DNA of 64,000 nucleotides from the IMG/VR virus record IMGVR_UViG_3300024358_000009, positions 62,001 to 126,000 of that record. One strand, written 5' to 3'. Made by a program: the position numbers and the translations under genes. A model generated the notes under the pieces. The model was not told the origin of the DNA, searched no databases, and saw only the letters and a program-made list of their open reading frames with translations. Position 1 is the stretch's first letter. Every line of letters begins with the position of its first letter. Shown here piece by piece: positions 30,502-40,500 of this stretch.

Positions 30502-30869
30502 GACGATCCTCCTTTAGAAAAATTTCGAGTGTAACCATCCCAAGAAACAGAGTATTGGTCTATCTCAGCTTCCATAGCCCTAAGCTGATTATTTCCGTTA
30601 TTTAATATTTCTGCTCTACACAATTCCCAAACATTTTTCCAGAACTTTTTATCAGCAATTAAATCTTCTTCATCGTCTGGGAAAATCTCCCAAAGTTCAC
30701 TGAAATGTTTTTCTACAGCAGAAAGAGCACCTATAAACGATGTTCGCATTTTTGTTTTAGAGACTTTTTTTAATTTATCCTTAGACAAAAAATAATGTTT
30801 TTGAGTTAACTTTTTTTCGTCTTCCTTATTGATCTTAGACGCTTTTTCAAAATTATCGTAAACTCCCAT
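30498..30869 (-). CDS. Hypothetical protein (tail assembly region)
   Basis: 123 aa, RBS gagg, ATGA overlap with the next gene. Confidence 0.6.
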   Translation of the reverse strand: MGVYDNFEKASKINKEDEKKLTQKHYFLSKDKLKKVSKTKMRTSFIGALSAVEKHFSELWEIFPDDEEDLIADKKFWKNVWELCRAEILNNGNNQLRAMEAEIDQYSVSWDGYTRNFSKGGSS

Positions 30870-30878
30870 GTTTTCCTC

Positions 30879-31904
30879 TCACATTGAGTTTTTCTTTAAT
30901 TGAACATCACGCCTAACATCGGCAAATTCAAGATCTGTAACTTCTCCCTTTTCCAAAATCGTCTTTTGCCTAGATCTTTTAATTGCCATAACTTCAGGAG
31001 TATTCATAGATTCTATCCGCTCTCTTTCTTTTTGTGAATGAGCAACTATGAAAATTTCTGAAGAATTTTTAACTTTGTCACTTAATGAACTATCTACTGA
31101 ATTTTGACCCTTCTTTAAATCTCTTTCTTTCTTTTGAGATATCATCCATCCATCTAAAGCATCATCATCTTGAACTAAATCATCTGGTGGAACTTCTGGA
31201 TGTTCAGCTATATTATCGTACAATTGACTCCAAGTTATTAAGGATCTCCGTTCGTCATCTAGATCAATGATAGGTATTCCAAAAATGGAACTTTCAGATT
31301 TTTTAACATTCCAATAACTTTTCCAAACAGAACTTTTAGCTAGTTGTCTTAGTTTTTCATCACCCAATTTACTTTGATTATAAAAAACAACCGCCTCATC
31401 TAATAAATCACTTCTGTTTTTCCAAAAAGAAGACTTGGTAAAAACCCTATCTCCATATTGATGATATAAACTACTGCCAACTAAATATTTAGTTTTTAAA
31501 GTAGATGCATAACCAGTAGCACTTATATGTATGTACGAATATTTTTCTGAAAATAAATTAACACGATCTATTTTTGCAACAAGAAGCACTTTCCTAATGA
31601 CAGCACTTTCTTTGTCTTTATAAAAATTTTTATATAAATTAACTTTTAGTTCTTCTATTTCCTTATTTAGTTTTTCAAGAAGTTCTTCTTTTTCATCATT
31701 CCAAATACCATGTTCTATTAACATATCATTAATTTCATGATCTGTATAAAGACCTTCTACACTAGCATCAACTAATGCTTCTTGATATATCTCTTCTGCT
31801 ATATATCTATCGTGTCTTTCTGGATGTTTAATTAAATAAATTTTATCTTTGTAATTAAATCTTATAAATCCAGCTATAATCCTAGCTATTAATAGTTCGT
31901 CCAA
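30879..31904 (-). CDS. Putative tail assembly chaperone-like protein
   Basis: 341 aa, TTG start with RBS aggagg, directly downstream of the tube gene. Contains YDNIAEHPEVPPDDLVQDDDALDGW. Confidence 0.5.
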   Translation of the reverse strand: MDELLIARIIAGFIRFNYKDKIYLIKHPERHDRYIAEEIYQEALVDASVEGLYTDHEINDMLIEHGIWNDEKEELLEKLNKEIEELKVNLYKNFYKDKESAVIRKVLLVAKIDRVNLFSEKYSYIHISATGYASTLKTKYLVGSSLYHQYGDRVFTKSSFWKNRSDLLDEAVVFYNQSKLGDEKLRQLAKSSVWKSYWNVKKSESSIFGIPIIDLDDERRSLITWSQLYDNIAEHPEVPPDDLVQDDDALDGWMISQKKERDLKKGQNSVDSSLSDKVKNSSEIFIVAHSQKERERIESMNTPEVMAIKRSRQKTILEKGEVTDLEFADVRRDVQLKKNSM

Positions 31905-31922
31905 AAGTCCTCCTAAAATAAA

Positions 31923-31954
31923 AAAACCAAGAGGATTTTAACCCCCTTGGTTTT
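31923..31954 (-). terminator. Intrinsic terminator downstream of the tail tube gene
   Basis: Minus strand aaaaccaaggggg-ttaaaa-tcctcttggtttt followed by more T, a 13-bp stem including G-U pairs. Confidence 0.75.
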
Positions 31955-31977
31955 ATTATAATCAGTTTTCCAAATTA

Positions 31978-33033
31978 TTACATAGGATCTGATGGATGTG
32001 TTACAGTAAAATCATTGAAGGTACGATAGCTATAAGTAACAGTTCCGTTACCGCCATCAGCACCACCGCCAGCATTGTTTACTGAAGTCAACTTACAGCT
32101 AGTTCCAAGATCTACTGCAAGACCTTCTTCAAATACAAGCTTAATAGATTGATCAGTAATGTTATCTTCAATTTCGTCGGCTTCTACTAAGTCACCAACT
32201 TTGTTCATAACTTCAAACTCAGCGGTAACTTCAACAGGGAACTTGACATAGCGGAAGTAAGGAGCCTTACGACCCAATTCAAGCATCTGTTCACGACCAA
32301 GATTTGCACTAACGCTAACAGATTGAACACTAGCTCTAAAGCAACCAAGAGCAGTATCAATTTCATTAACGCCATTGCTGCTAACACCTGGAATACCACC
32401 TTTTTTGGTAGCACCACTGTTGCAAGGAAGCAAGCTAGAAGCAAAAACAATATGCTGCCTACGATTAACACCACTGGCATTATTGTCAGTAGCTTTTTCT
32501 TCTGCACCAAGACCAGTTCCATCAGCAGTTGTTTGTGTATAACCTGTAAAATAACTTGCGTCACTAGCAGTGATTCTATGCCACTTCTTGTTATTAGCCA
32601 CTAAAGTCACGCTTTCGGTAGCATTTCCTTCAGTTGCAAGCTTATAAGAAATCTGGCTTACGAATGCACCAGAAACAATAACTTCAGAAAGTGGAGTACC
32701 ACTAGCTAAACCCTGAGTGTCATTATAAAACTGCATAGCAACTTTACACTTGGCATTGGATCGACCAACCAAAGTTGAGTCAGCACCTTCTTGAGTTGCC
32801 AAGCAATAAACTGGAGCAGTTCCATCAAGAACACGCTCAACAGTGATCTCAATATCAGGAACATTTTCAACGATTTGATAAAGAGCAAGTTGGCCAAGTT
32901 CAAAAATGTTTTCAAGATTAAAAGTGGTATTCATACCAACGCTTTGAACGCCATGTACGAATGCGTAATTGTCAGTTGCATCTGGAGAGATGCTGAGTGC
33001 TTCTACAGCATAAAACATTCTTCTATTTGCCAC
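31978..33033 (-). CDS. Major tail tube protein
   Basis: 351 aa, GTG start with RBS aggag, high-expression codon style, flanked by a promoter-like motif and a terminator. Beta-rich with VQSV...ELG motifs. Lies between neck genes and chaperones/TMP. Confidence 0.75.
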   Translation of the reverse strand: MANRRMFYAVEALSISPDATDNYAFVHGVQSVGMNTTFNLENIFELGQLALYQIVENVPDIEITVERVLDGTAPVYCLATQEGADSTLVGRSNAKCKVAMQFYNDTQGLASGTPLSEVIVSGAFVSQISYKLATEGNATESVTLVANNKKWHRITASDASYFTGYTQTTADGTGLGAEEKATDNNASGVNRRQHIVFASSLLPCNSGATKKGGIPGVSSNGVNEIDTALGCFRASVQSVSVSANLGREQMLELGRKAPYFRYVKFPVEVTAEFEVMNKVGDLVEADEIEDNITDQSIKLVFEEGLAVDLGTSCKLTSVNNAGGGADGGNGTVTYSYRTFNDFTVTHPSDPM

Positions 33034-33065
33034 GGTTATTCTCCTCTAAGCAGTTTAGGTAATTA

Positions 33066-33085
33066 CCTATATAAAAGTTACACCA
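33066..33085 (-). promoter_or_regulatory. TGGTGTA-N-TATAG motif upstream of the tube gene, candidate late promoter
   Basis: Minus strand TGGTGTAACTTTTATATAGG in a 63-nt intergenic gap. Confidence 0.5.
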
Positions 33086-33096
33086 AAATTGACATT

Positions 33097-34050
33097 TTAA
33101 GGCAAATCACTTTCACAAGTTAATCTTATCTCACATCCAACTAATGGATATGGCAAAAGAACCTCTCTAGACTTAACATTTTCAAATCTAATCTGTTTCC
33201 AAGCATAATCGCCACTAACCATAGCTGGATATTGAATTCCGCTACTAGAAACAGAACCGTCATAATTTAATGGGTATTTCTTATCATTTACCAATTTATA
33301 CCTATCAACGCCCATAATTCGTTTTTGCCATTGATATGTAACTATGTCATGTATTTGATTACGATCATAAGATGTTTCGCTCAATATAGTTATAATTACT
33401 TCTTGTTGATGTTTTCTGCTTAAATTGCCCAATTCTAATGGATAAAAGTTAACTTTTGGCATTGCCTCAATAATCATAGCTGGCAATTGCACTCTATTTT
33501 GAGACAAAACATCCCAAGTTCCAGATCCATTTTGTAAGAATTGAGGATCAGCTGCATTATAACTATTAAAAACTAATTGATTAAACCAAGGTTGATTTCC
33601 TTTTAAAATCTTAACGCTTCTATTAGAGTACTCACACTGGACTTTACTTCCAGAAGCTACTGGTGAATTAAAGATAATTTTTCCTTCTGGATATGATATT
33701 TTGTAACCAGAAGCACCAGTTTGACTGACTGGTATAAAATTATTATTTACATAAACACCGCTTATATTAATTGGCTGATTTGTATAACTAATACCTGTTT
33801 CCCAAACCCAATCAGATCTAACGCCTTCCCAAACTCTTCCAGAAGCATATCTTGGATCTCTAGCCATTCTTAATCTAGAAGGATCTGCCGAATGAGAAGC
33901 TATGCCACTAGGATTATTATTAATTCTATTATTAGAGAAAGCTCCAATATTTAACATCGCCCATTGTGCAAAAAAAGTGAGGGATGTTTCTAAATTTTCA
34001 GATGCTAATGGCTGGCCATAATGATTTACGCCATTAAATTCAGTTATCAT
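33097..34050 (-). CDS. Putative tail completion/terminator protein
   Basis: 317 aa immediately upstream of the tube gene. C-terminal RVQLPAMIIE...EVIITILSETSYDRNQIHDIV is consistent with tail-terminator folds. Call rests mainly on synteny. Confidence 0.5.
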   Translation of the reverse strand: MITEFNGVNHYGQPLASENLETSLTFFAQWAMLNIGAFSNNRINNNPSGIASHSADPSRLRMARDPRYASGRVWEGVRSDWVWETGISYTNQPINISGVYVNNNFIPVSQTGASGYKISYPEGKIIFNSPVASGSKVQCEYSNRSVKILKGNQPWFNQLVFNSYNAADPQFLQNGSGTWDVLSQNRVQLPAMIIEAMPKVNFYPLELGNLSRKHQQEVIITILSETSYDRNQIHDIVTYQWQKRIMGVDRYKLVNDKKYPLNYDGSVSSSGIQYPAMVSGDYAWKQIRFENVKSREVLLPYPLVGCEIRLTCESDLP

Positions 34051-34748
34051 GAAAATCTACCCTCTCTATTAATAATTTCATTTATCTGAGGTATAGCCCG
34101 ATCAAAAGACCTAGTTATCCAATTATCTTCTTCTGTTCCGCTAAACTCTGGGCTAATATTAAAACCATCTACACCTTTAAAGTATCCGCCATCGTAAAAT
34201 TTTGAATATTTAACTCTAGCTGCTATAGTTGTCGGTTGAACCATAAGGGCAAATCTACTTCGTGAGTTTTTCTGTATAGAGTTATAATATCTAACTTCAT
34301 AATTCTGTATAAGTATGCCAGAACCTTCTAATAATAACCACCTCAACCAAGGTATTGTTCCTGCTTTAGACTCATAACTTCCCAATGGATGATCTGCTAC
34401 TCCTTGTATACCTTCTCTGCGTAATAAATAAAGTGCCATTCCGCCCAAAGAATTTGCAGTAGCATCTTTTTTAACAAAGTTAATTTTACTAGTTATATAA
34501 CTGGCTATAGTAGGAATAATACTTTCTGGGTTTTCGACACCAAGATCTAATCTTAATCGCCCCCTAAGATCAGTTAAAGATTCAGCTTCTGGAGCAGTTT
34601 TAATGTAATAATCTATTATGCTAACTATAGAAGGTCTTATTCTTTTAATTAAATCACTTATATACTTAGATGTGATTTTTCTAAGTTCTTCTTTTAATCC
34701 TTTTTCAAGTTCTTTGCCGTCTAATGATATAGACCATTTATATTCCAT
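34047..34748 (-). CDS. Putative neck/tail completion protein
   Basis: 233 aa in the head-tail joining position, with IPWLRWLLLEG and DNWITRSF motifs. Confidence 0.45.
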   Translation of the reverse strand: MEYKWSISLDGKELEKGLKEELRKITSKYISDLIKRIRPSIVSIIDYYIKTAPEAESLTDLRGRLRLDLGVENPESIIPTIASYITSKINFVKKDATANSLGGMALYLLRREGIQGVADHPLGSYESKAGTIPWLRWLLLEGSGILIQNYEVRYYNSIQKNSRSRFALMVQPTTIAARVKYSKFYDGGYFKGVDGFNISPEFSGTEEDNWITRSFDRAIPQINEIINREGRFS

Positions 34749-34750
34749 AA

Positions 34751-35272
34751 CTAAGCACCAACTCTTGTCCAGTTAGCAACCCAGTATTTGCCTTGCACTA
34801 TATTACCTTGATCTATAGGTTCGCCCAAAAGTTCATATGTATATCTAATTAAGCCTTCAATATCTAACTGAAAGACCATCTTTCTTGTTTGCAAAACATC
34901 AGGAAGATCTTTCATGTAGCCTTTTGTTTGTATACTTCCGTCTGGCAATTGAATATGTGCTGGAAGTTTTTGAAAAAAATCTTTAGGAGAGTTAGCTACT
35001 AAAACTTTTATATCCTTAGTCATTGAATTAAAATGCAAACCGCTGCCATCACACATTGGACATGTAGATCCATTTTCAAACGGTATTGGGCCACCATTAG
35101 TCCATGTATTGGAAGATTTATTTCCTATTGGGTCGAATAGACAGTTTACGCAAGGAGAAGCAATAGGTGGATATATAAGTCTACAAGTTTTTCCAAGTTG
35201 ATCTATAAGATCATCTATGGCGAATTCCGCTATTTGTTTAATATCATCAGTTAATGAAAATATTTTTGCCAT
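34751..35272 (-). CDS. Putative head closure/stopper protein with two CxxC pairs
   Basis: 173 aa with CVNC and CPMC, and C-terminal YELLGEP...YWVANWTR. Call is from synteny. Confidence 0.45.
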   Translation of the reverse strand: MAKIFSLTDDIKQIAEFAIDDLIDQLGKTCRLIYPPIASPCVNCLFDPIGNKSSNTWTNGGPIPFENGSTCPMCDGSGLHFNSMTKDIKVLVANSPKDFFQKLPAHIQLPDGSIQTKGYMKDLPDVLQTRKMVFQLDIEGLIRYTYELLGEPIDQGNIVQGKYWVANWTRVGA

Positions 35273-36525
35273 TATTTTGTCCAGTATATTTTAATGGGTC
35301 TTGATCTAAATCTAGTGTCAGTAGAAGTTACACTTAAATTTGCTACAGCTATTTGATTTGGATTTATTCCATAATTACCAGATAAACTCAAAGATAAATC
35401 TTTAAACACTGCTATGCCATCGGTTGGAGTAACGGTAGTTGTTCCATTAAGAGAAACCGTTGGATTACCATAAATATTTTCAACTCCAGCAACACTGATT
35501 GATATTGTTCCTGTAATATTTTGATATGTCATATTGGCTTGACCATCAGCAGGAACATTAACTATAGATCCTGTAAAATTATCTCCATTGTCATAAACAT
35601 TGTCATATCCAGTTACAGCTTCTATAACTATTGGAATAGTAAATTGTTCGCCAGCTTTTTGTATTTGTGAGTTTTGTGGATAAATAACGGCATTAAGTCT
35701 GGCTGGTATACTTCTAGCTCTTGTATTTGTATAACCAAATATTCCTGTCGGAGAAGCTCTAAATGGGTGATGTGCAGCTGGAATACTATTCATTATGCTT
35801 AAATTATTAATGCTATTGTGAGAAATTAAAATATTGAATGTGGATGGATTTAAATAAGATTCCTGTGGTAATATTTTAAAATAACCAGATGATCCTAAAT
35901 TATCATACTGTAATGTTAAATAATAAACTTTATCAGCAGCTGGTATTCCCCATTTGTTTGCAGAAGTAACAGCACCAAAAGATGTGTATAATGTTGGTTT
36001 AAAAGTAGCACTATTATTTGATGAGTGCCAAGAACAGCTGAAACTGGTATTGCTTAATGAAATAACATTGTCTTCTTTATCAAAAAATTGAAAAAAGTAA
36101 GTTATAAATCCTTCGGTTGGATAATTAGCTGGCCCATTTATTTCTACTTCGTACTCTGAAGGAATCCTTCCGTTAATAGGTCTTTCATAAGGTAAACTAT
36201 TAATGGTTTTTGGTAAAACCTTAGTGACTAAATCTGTATAATTACTATGATAAAGTTTCATATAAGATGGATATATTACATTAGATAACTGGCAATTTGG
36301 GAGAATTGGAATCCACTTACTTAAATTATCACGCCAAATATAGATAATATTATTTAATGTGTTTTGCCACAACCCTCCTTGTTTATCGGCTAATGTTGGT
36401 GCTGTTGGTGCTCTAAATATTCTTTCTCTTTCAATTCTTTTCCACCCATTAAAATTACTAAAAATAAATAGATTGTTATCTACTTCATAAACTTCATTTT
36501 CTTGTGGATTAATTGGAAAAGGCAT
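35272..36525 (-). CDS. Fibre-associated protein (417 aa), MPFPINP paralogue
   Basis: True start is probably MPFPINP at 36525 (RBS gagg), not 36609. N-terminus is paralogous to the upstream 80-aa ORF, and the C-terminus is an Ig-like beta region. Confidence 0.6.
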   Translation of the reverse strand: MPFPINPQENEVYEVDNNLFIFSNFNGWKRIERERIFRAPTAPTLADKQGGLWQNTLNNIIYIWRDNLSKWIPILPNCQLSNVIYPSYMKLYHSNYTDLVTKVLPKTINSLPYERPINGRIPSEYEVEINGPANYPTEGFITYFFQFFDKEDNVISLSNTSFSCSWHSSNNSATFKPTLYTSFGAVTSANKWGIPAADKVYYLTLQYDNLGSSGYFKILPQESYLNPSTFNILISHNSINNLSIMNSIPAAHHPFRASPTGIFGYTNTRARSIPARLNAVIYPQNSQIQKAGEQFTIPIVIEAVTGYDNVYDNGDNFTGSIVNVPADGQANMTYQNITGTISISVAGVENIYGNPTVSLNGTTTVTPTDGIAVFKDLSLSLSGNYGINPNQIAVANLSVTSTDTRFRSRPIKIYWTK

Positions 36526-36532
36526 TTTAACC

Positions 36533-36775
36533 TCATGTACATTTAGTCGAAAAGTATGGTATCCAATTATTGTTTTCCCAAAAATAAATAACACCACCGT
36601 CTTCGTCAAACCAAATTGCTATTCTTGAAGAATCTATATTTTGAGTTGGTCGATCTGGTTGTGCAAAAAAATTGGTAGGTTCTTCTTGTACCCAGCCAAT
36701 ATCTTGTTTGTATCTAAAATATTTGTTTCCAATTACATGTATATCATCATTAACTGGATTTATAGGAAAAGGCAT
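36533..36775 (-). CDS. Small MPFPINP paralogue (80 aa)
   Basis: Shares MPFPINP...(F/Y)...GW and W.D....IYFW....WIP with the next gene. Confidence 0.6.
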   Translation of the reverse strand: MPFPINPVNDDIHVIGNKYFRYKQDIGWVQEEPTNFFAQPDRPTQNIDSSRIAIWFDEDGGVIYFWENNNWIPYFSTKCT

Positions 36776-36776
36776 A

Positions 36777-37586
36777 TTAGTTCCCCTTTAAATCGCTTAA
36801 TATAGTTCCTGGAGGTTCATAATTTGCAAAAACATAAAAATATCTAGGTCCAGTGTTTTGATAAGACAATTCATGATCAGCAAACCCAAAATTTTGAACT
36901 CTTGTTTCTGGTAATTGTGCAGTTTCTAAATAACTCCATTTCGGCCCTTTTTCCATTCCGTTAAAAATAGCTGCGTCAAAATTTATTGGGTTTCTTACTT
37001 CTAGGTTTCTTTTGTCAATTGAACCTGTATAACAATTATGTGCACCCAAAGGAATTCCCTCTGGTAGTTCAAACTTTAAATAGTTTACATTTGTTAAATC
37101 GGTCAAACTTTTCCATCTATCAAAAGGAAAACCATTAGTTGAAGCACTAATAAATTTTTCTAAACTTGGATCTCCTAATGTATAATAGTACTGTTTACTT
37201 TTTGGATCTTTTCCTGCGTTACATTCATATAAAAATGATATGTATAAAAAAGGTTTTTCTTCTAAATAATAAAATTTAAAATAAATACTTGTTTTAAATC
37301 CGACTTCCTTAACTAATTCCTCTGGACAACAACCAATAGGATGTCCTGATGAAAAATTTTGATCGTAAATCATAATATCGACATTTGATTTTCCATAATT
37401 TGAATTTTTTATATACTGTTTTGTCTGTGGAAACTCGTAGTAAAATTGATGATTAAAATCTCTTGGGTTAAAATTTAAATTTTTATTTTTTAAAAAAAGC
37501 CAAGATGGACTTTGTGATCTCCAATTGAATCTTGGATCTGTAAAGAAAAATCCAGCTGTTAAATTATAAACTTTGTTGTTTAACAT
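36777..37586 (-). CDS. Hypothetical protein
   Basis: 269-aa ORF coupled to both neighbours. No family recognised. Confidence 0.6.
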   Translation of the reverse strand: MLNNKVYNLTAGFFFTDPRFNWRSQSPSWLFLKNKNLNFNPRDFNHQFYYEFPQTKQYIKNSNYGKSNVDIMIYDQNFSSGHPIGCCPEELVKEVGFKTSIYFKFYYLEEKPFLYISFLYECNAGKDPKSKQYYYTLGDPSLEKFISASTNGFPFDRWKSLTDLTNVNYLKFELPEGIPLGAHNCYTGSIDKRNLEVRNPINFDAAIFNGMEKGPKWSYLETAQLPETRVQNFGFADHELSYQNTGPRYFYVFANYEPPGTILSDLKGN

Positions 37587-40500
37587 TATTTTCGTCCTGC
37601 TGCAACATAAGGTGGTTTATTTGGCTTGCCATTAAACTCTCCAGTTGCCCAATCTAAATAAGCTTGTTCTGCCGTAAGGTTTTTGCCTGGTATACTATAA
37701 AAACAAATATCTTTAGAGATGTTTTGCTCTCCGGTTACTTGATATTGTTTTTGCTCTCCTTTGACATTTACATTAACTGTATCTAATGAATTTCCTGGAA
37801 TAGATTGCAAGCATCCATCTTCATCTATGTATGTTTTGTATTTAATAGTCATTTGTGCACAAAAACCAACTTCTTTTGGTTGTTGTACAACTTCACCATT
37901 AACCAAAGCATTTTTAACATTTGATTTACAAAAATTACAAGGTTCAAGTTTGCCTCCAAAATTATCTATGTTTGTATCTGTGTAAGGAGGAGTTGCAAAT
38001 TTTTGTCCATTATAATCTCTTTGAACACAAGGAGGTTTTGGTTCATTACCACGCCTTAAATTATCTACAACTACAGCTGGATTGCCTGGTTGTGGTACTC
38101 CAGCTATACCTCCACCACCACCAAAACCACCACCACCTAAACCAAGACCTCCTAAACCACCTAATCCGCCTAAACCGCCTGGATAACCATATCCACCGCC
38201 AAAACCTCCTGGTCCTGGTCCTGGAGGCAAACAGTCTAAAAGACCTGGAGTTCCTCCATAAATAGCATGTTCACATATTTTTTTAATTCCACAAGCTGTA
38301 TTTATAAGTATAGATTTACAACATTTATTAACTATATTAGTTATAATTCCATAAACACCTCTTATATAAAAAGTATATACTTCTTCTCCTGGTGGACATG
38401 ATCCATTAACAGGATTAGTTCCGGTTGGTAATGGATTTGGTGGTTGTGGGCGTGTAGGACCAGTAACAGGATTTGTAGAATTAGTACCAATAACACCTGG
38501 GCCAACAGCATATGGTTCTGGTTTAACCAAAGGACTGTCTGGGTTAATAGCTAAAGCAGAAGAATTAAAATTATCATCTGGATCTTCAGCACCTTCTGGA
38601 TTTGCTAAATCTTGCGAAGGAACTATTTCTCCAGTAGGATTTCCATCTTCATCTACATAAGGTCTTCCAGTCGCAGGATCTATTTGTAAGTTATAAGTTA
38701 AATTATTAAAATTTGAAACAGTTGTACATTTTCCATAAGAAAGCATGAATGGATCAACATTTTTAATGTTTGCTGACCAATGAGACATAATGTCAGCTTG
38801 CGTAACTGGTGCTATATTAGATAAAGATGTTAATAATTCTCCCCATTGAGCAGCACTAATAACCATGCCCTGACCTTCTGCCATAGCTGAAGGAGAACCA
38901 TTAAATCCAATAAGATTTTCACCACAAGGACCATTCTTTTCTAGAATAGCTTGTTGTAATGAACCACTCATATTTGAACTACTGAATGGGCCTACAAGCG
39001 GAACATAATCGCCTTCGTTATATAATTCATTTGGCTTATTTATTGAAAAATATTTTTTAGGATCTGTTTCTTTTCCATGAAAGTAAGAAGAACATGCTTG
39101 TCCAACTAAACTAGCAGCACTATCAATAAACTTGCTTCCGTTATTTCTATTTAACCAAAGACCTTTTAACAAACACGGTCCAAAACCAAAGTTAACAGCT
39201 GAATTAGTTCCATTTAACATATTTCCTATTTCAAGCGTGTTATGATTACCTATAAGTGCTATAGTTCCATTTTTAAATCTATGTAAACCAACTTCTGATT
39301 CTGGATCTGGATAATAAACCTCACATCTTGGATTACAAATTGCACCAGCTACGAAATTTGGTAACCAACCAGTATCTCCAGATATATTTACAGAACCTCT
39401 ATAGTATGGGTCTGGTCCATAAAGAAAACCACGCTCATATGGATCGTTATAAAAACCAATAGTATTAAAAGTTACAACTAAGAAATTAGAATAACCATCT
39501 TCTTCATTACCTCTTCTTGTAAAAGCAGGACTTAATATAAAATAAGCTGTTTGTGCAGAAAATGTGTAGCCTTCTGGGGTTGTATATTTACTTGTTTTAC
39601 AACCAGTTTTTATGTGTTCATCAATTTTTATATTTAATGAATCAGTGATTGGATAAGAAGGTTTTCTACAATTTGTAGCATCTAAATGAGGAACTGGAAA
39701 AACATTGCTATTAGCTAAAACATTTGTTAACGCAAAATAATTTCTTTGTGCCTCTAATAATCCCATTGCAGACGCAGATATTGATGGTAACACAACGCCA
39801 AAATCTGGATTATTTTGTGCTGGAAAATCACCGCAATTAAAAAGATAAGATGTATCACTTCTGTCGGGACTTCTAATATCGTGAATATTTGTTCCATGAA
39901 CTGAATGTTTTAACTGAGTAAATCTTAACCAAGATCTTCCAATTCTACCCTTTTCTTTTTGTGAGTAGTTCCAATAACAAACGGTATTCGACATAACTGG
40001 ACCACCAGAATTATTTACTGGATCGCCAATGTCATTTTCAATAACTTTTCTTACATAACCACCAACAGTTATATAGATTTTACCATTTCTAAATGTAATT
40101 CCATCGGGCATTTTAAGAGCAGTACCAGAAGGACCAACGGTTGTAGTTGTTCCTCCCGGCCCTGTAGTTGTTGTAGTAGCTGTAGTCGTGGTTGTAGTTA
40201 CAACAGGAGGTAATGGAGGACGATTAATACTTATTTTTGTTGTTGTTGTTTGAGTATTTGGTGTTGTTGTAGTAGTTGTTATTAAACCTGTGCAATCTGG
40301 TTCTAATGTAATTCTTGTGGTATTATTATATTCAATATTTGTTCCGCCTATATGCCTTATTTCTTTTAACATACCTCTGATATTATATATATTTCCTATA
40401 GAGTATGCATCTAATGTTTGGTATATAGAAAGAGGGTTTTTAGGATTATAACTTGCAGCAACATAGAAAATCGGATTTGAATTTTGTCTTGTCAAAGTTG

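Noticed and set aside
29686-31904. Programmed -1 frameshift of the lambda G/GT chaperone type
   Set aside because: Each of the three genes has its own RBS and start, and no convincing slippery heptamer linking the frames was found at the junctions.
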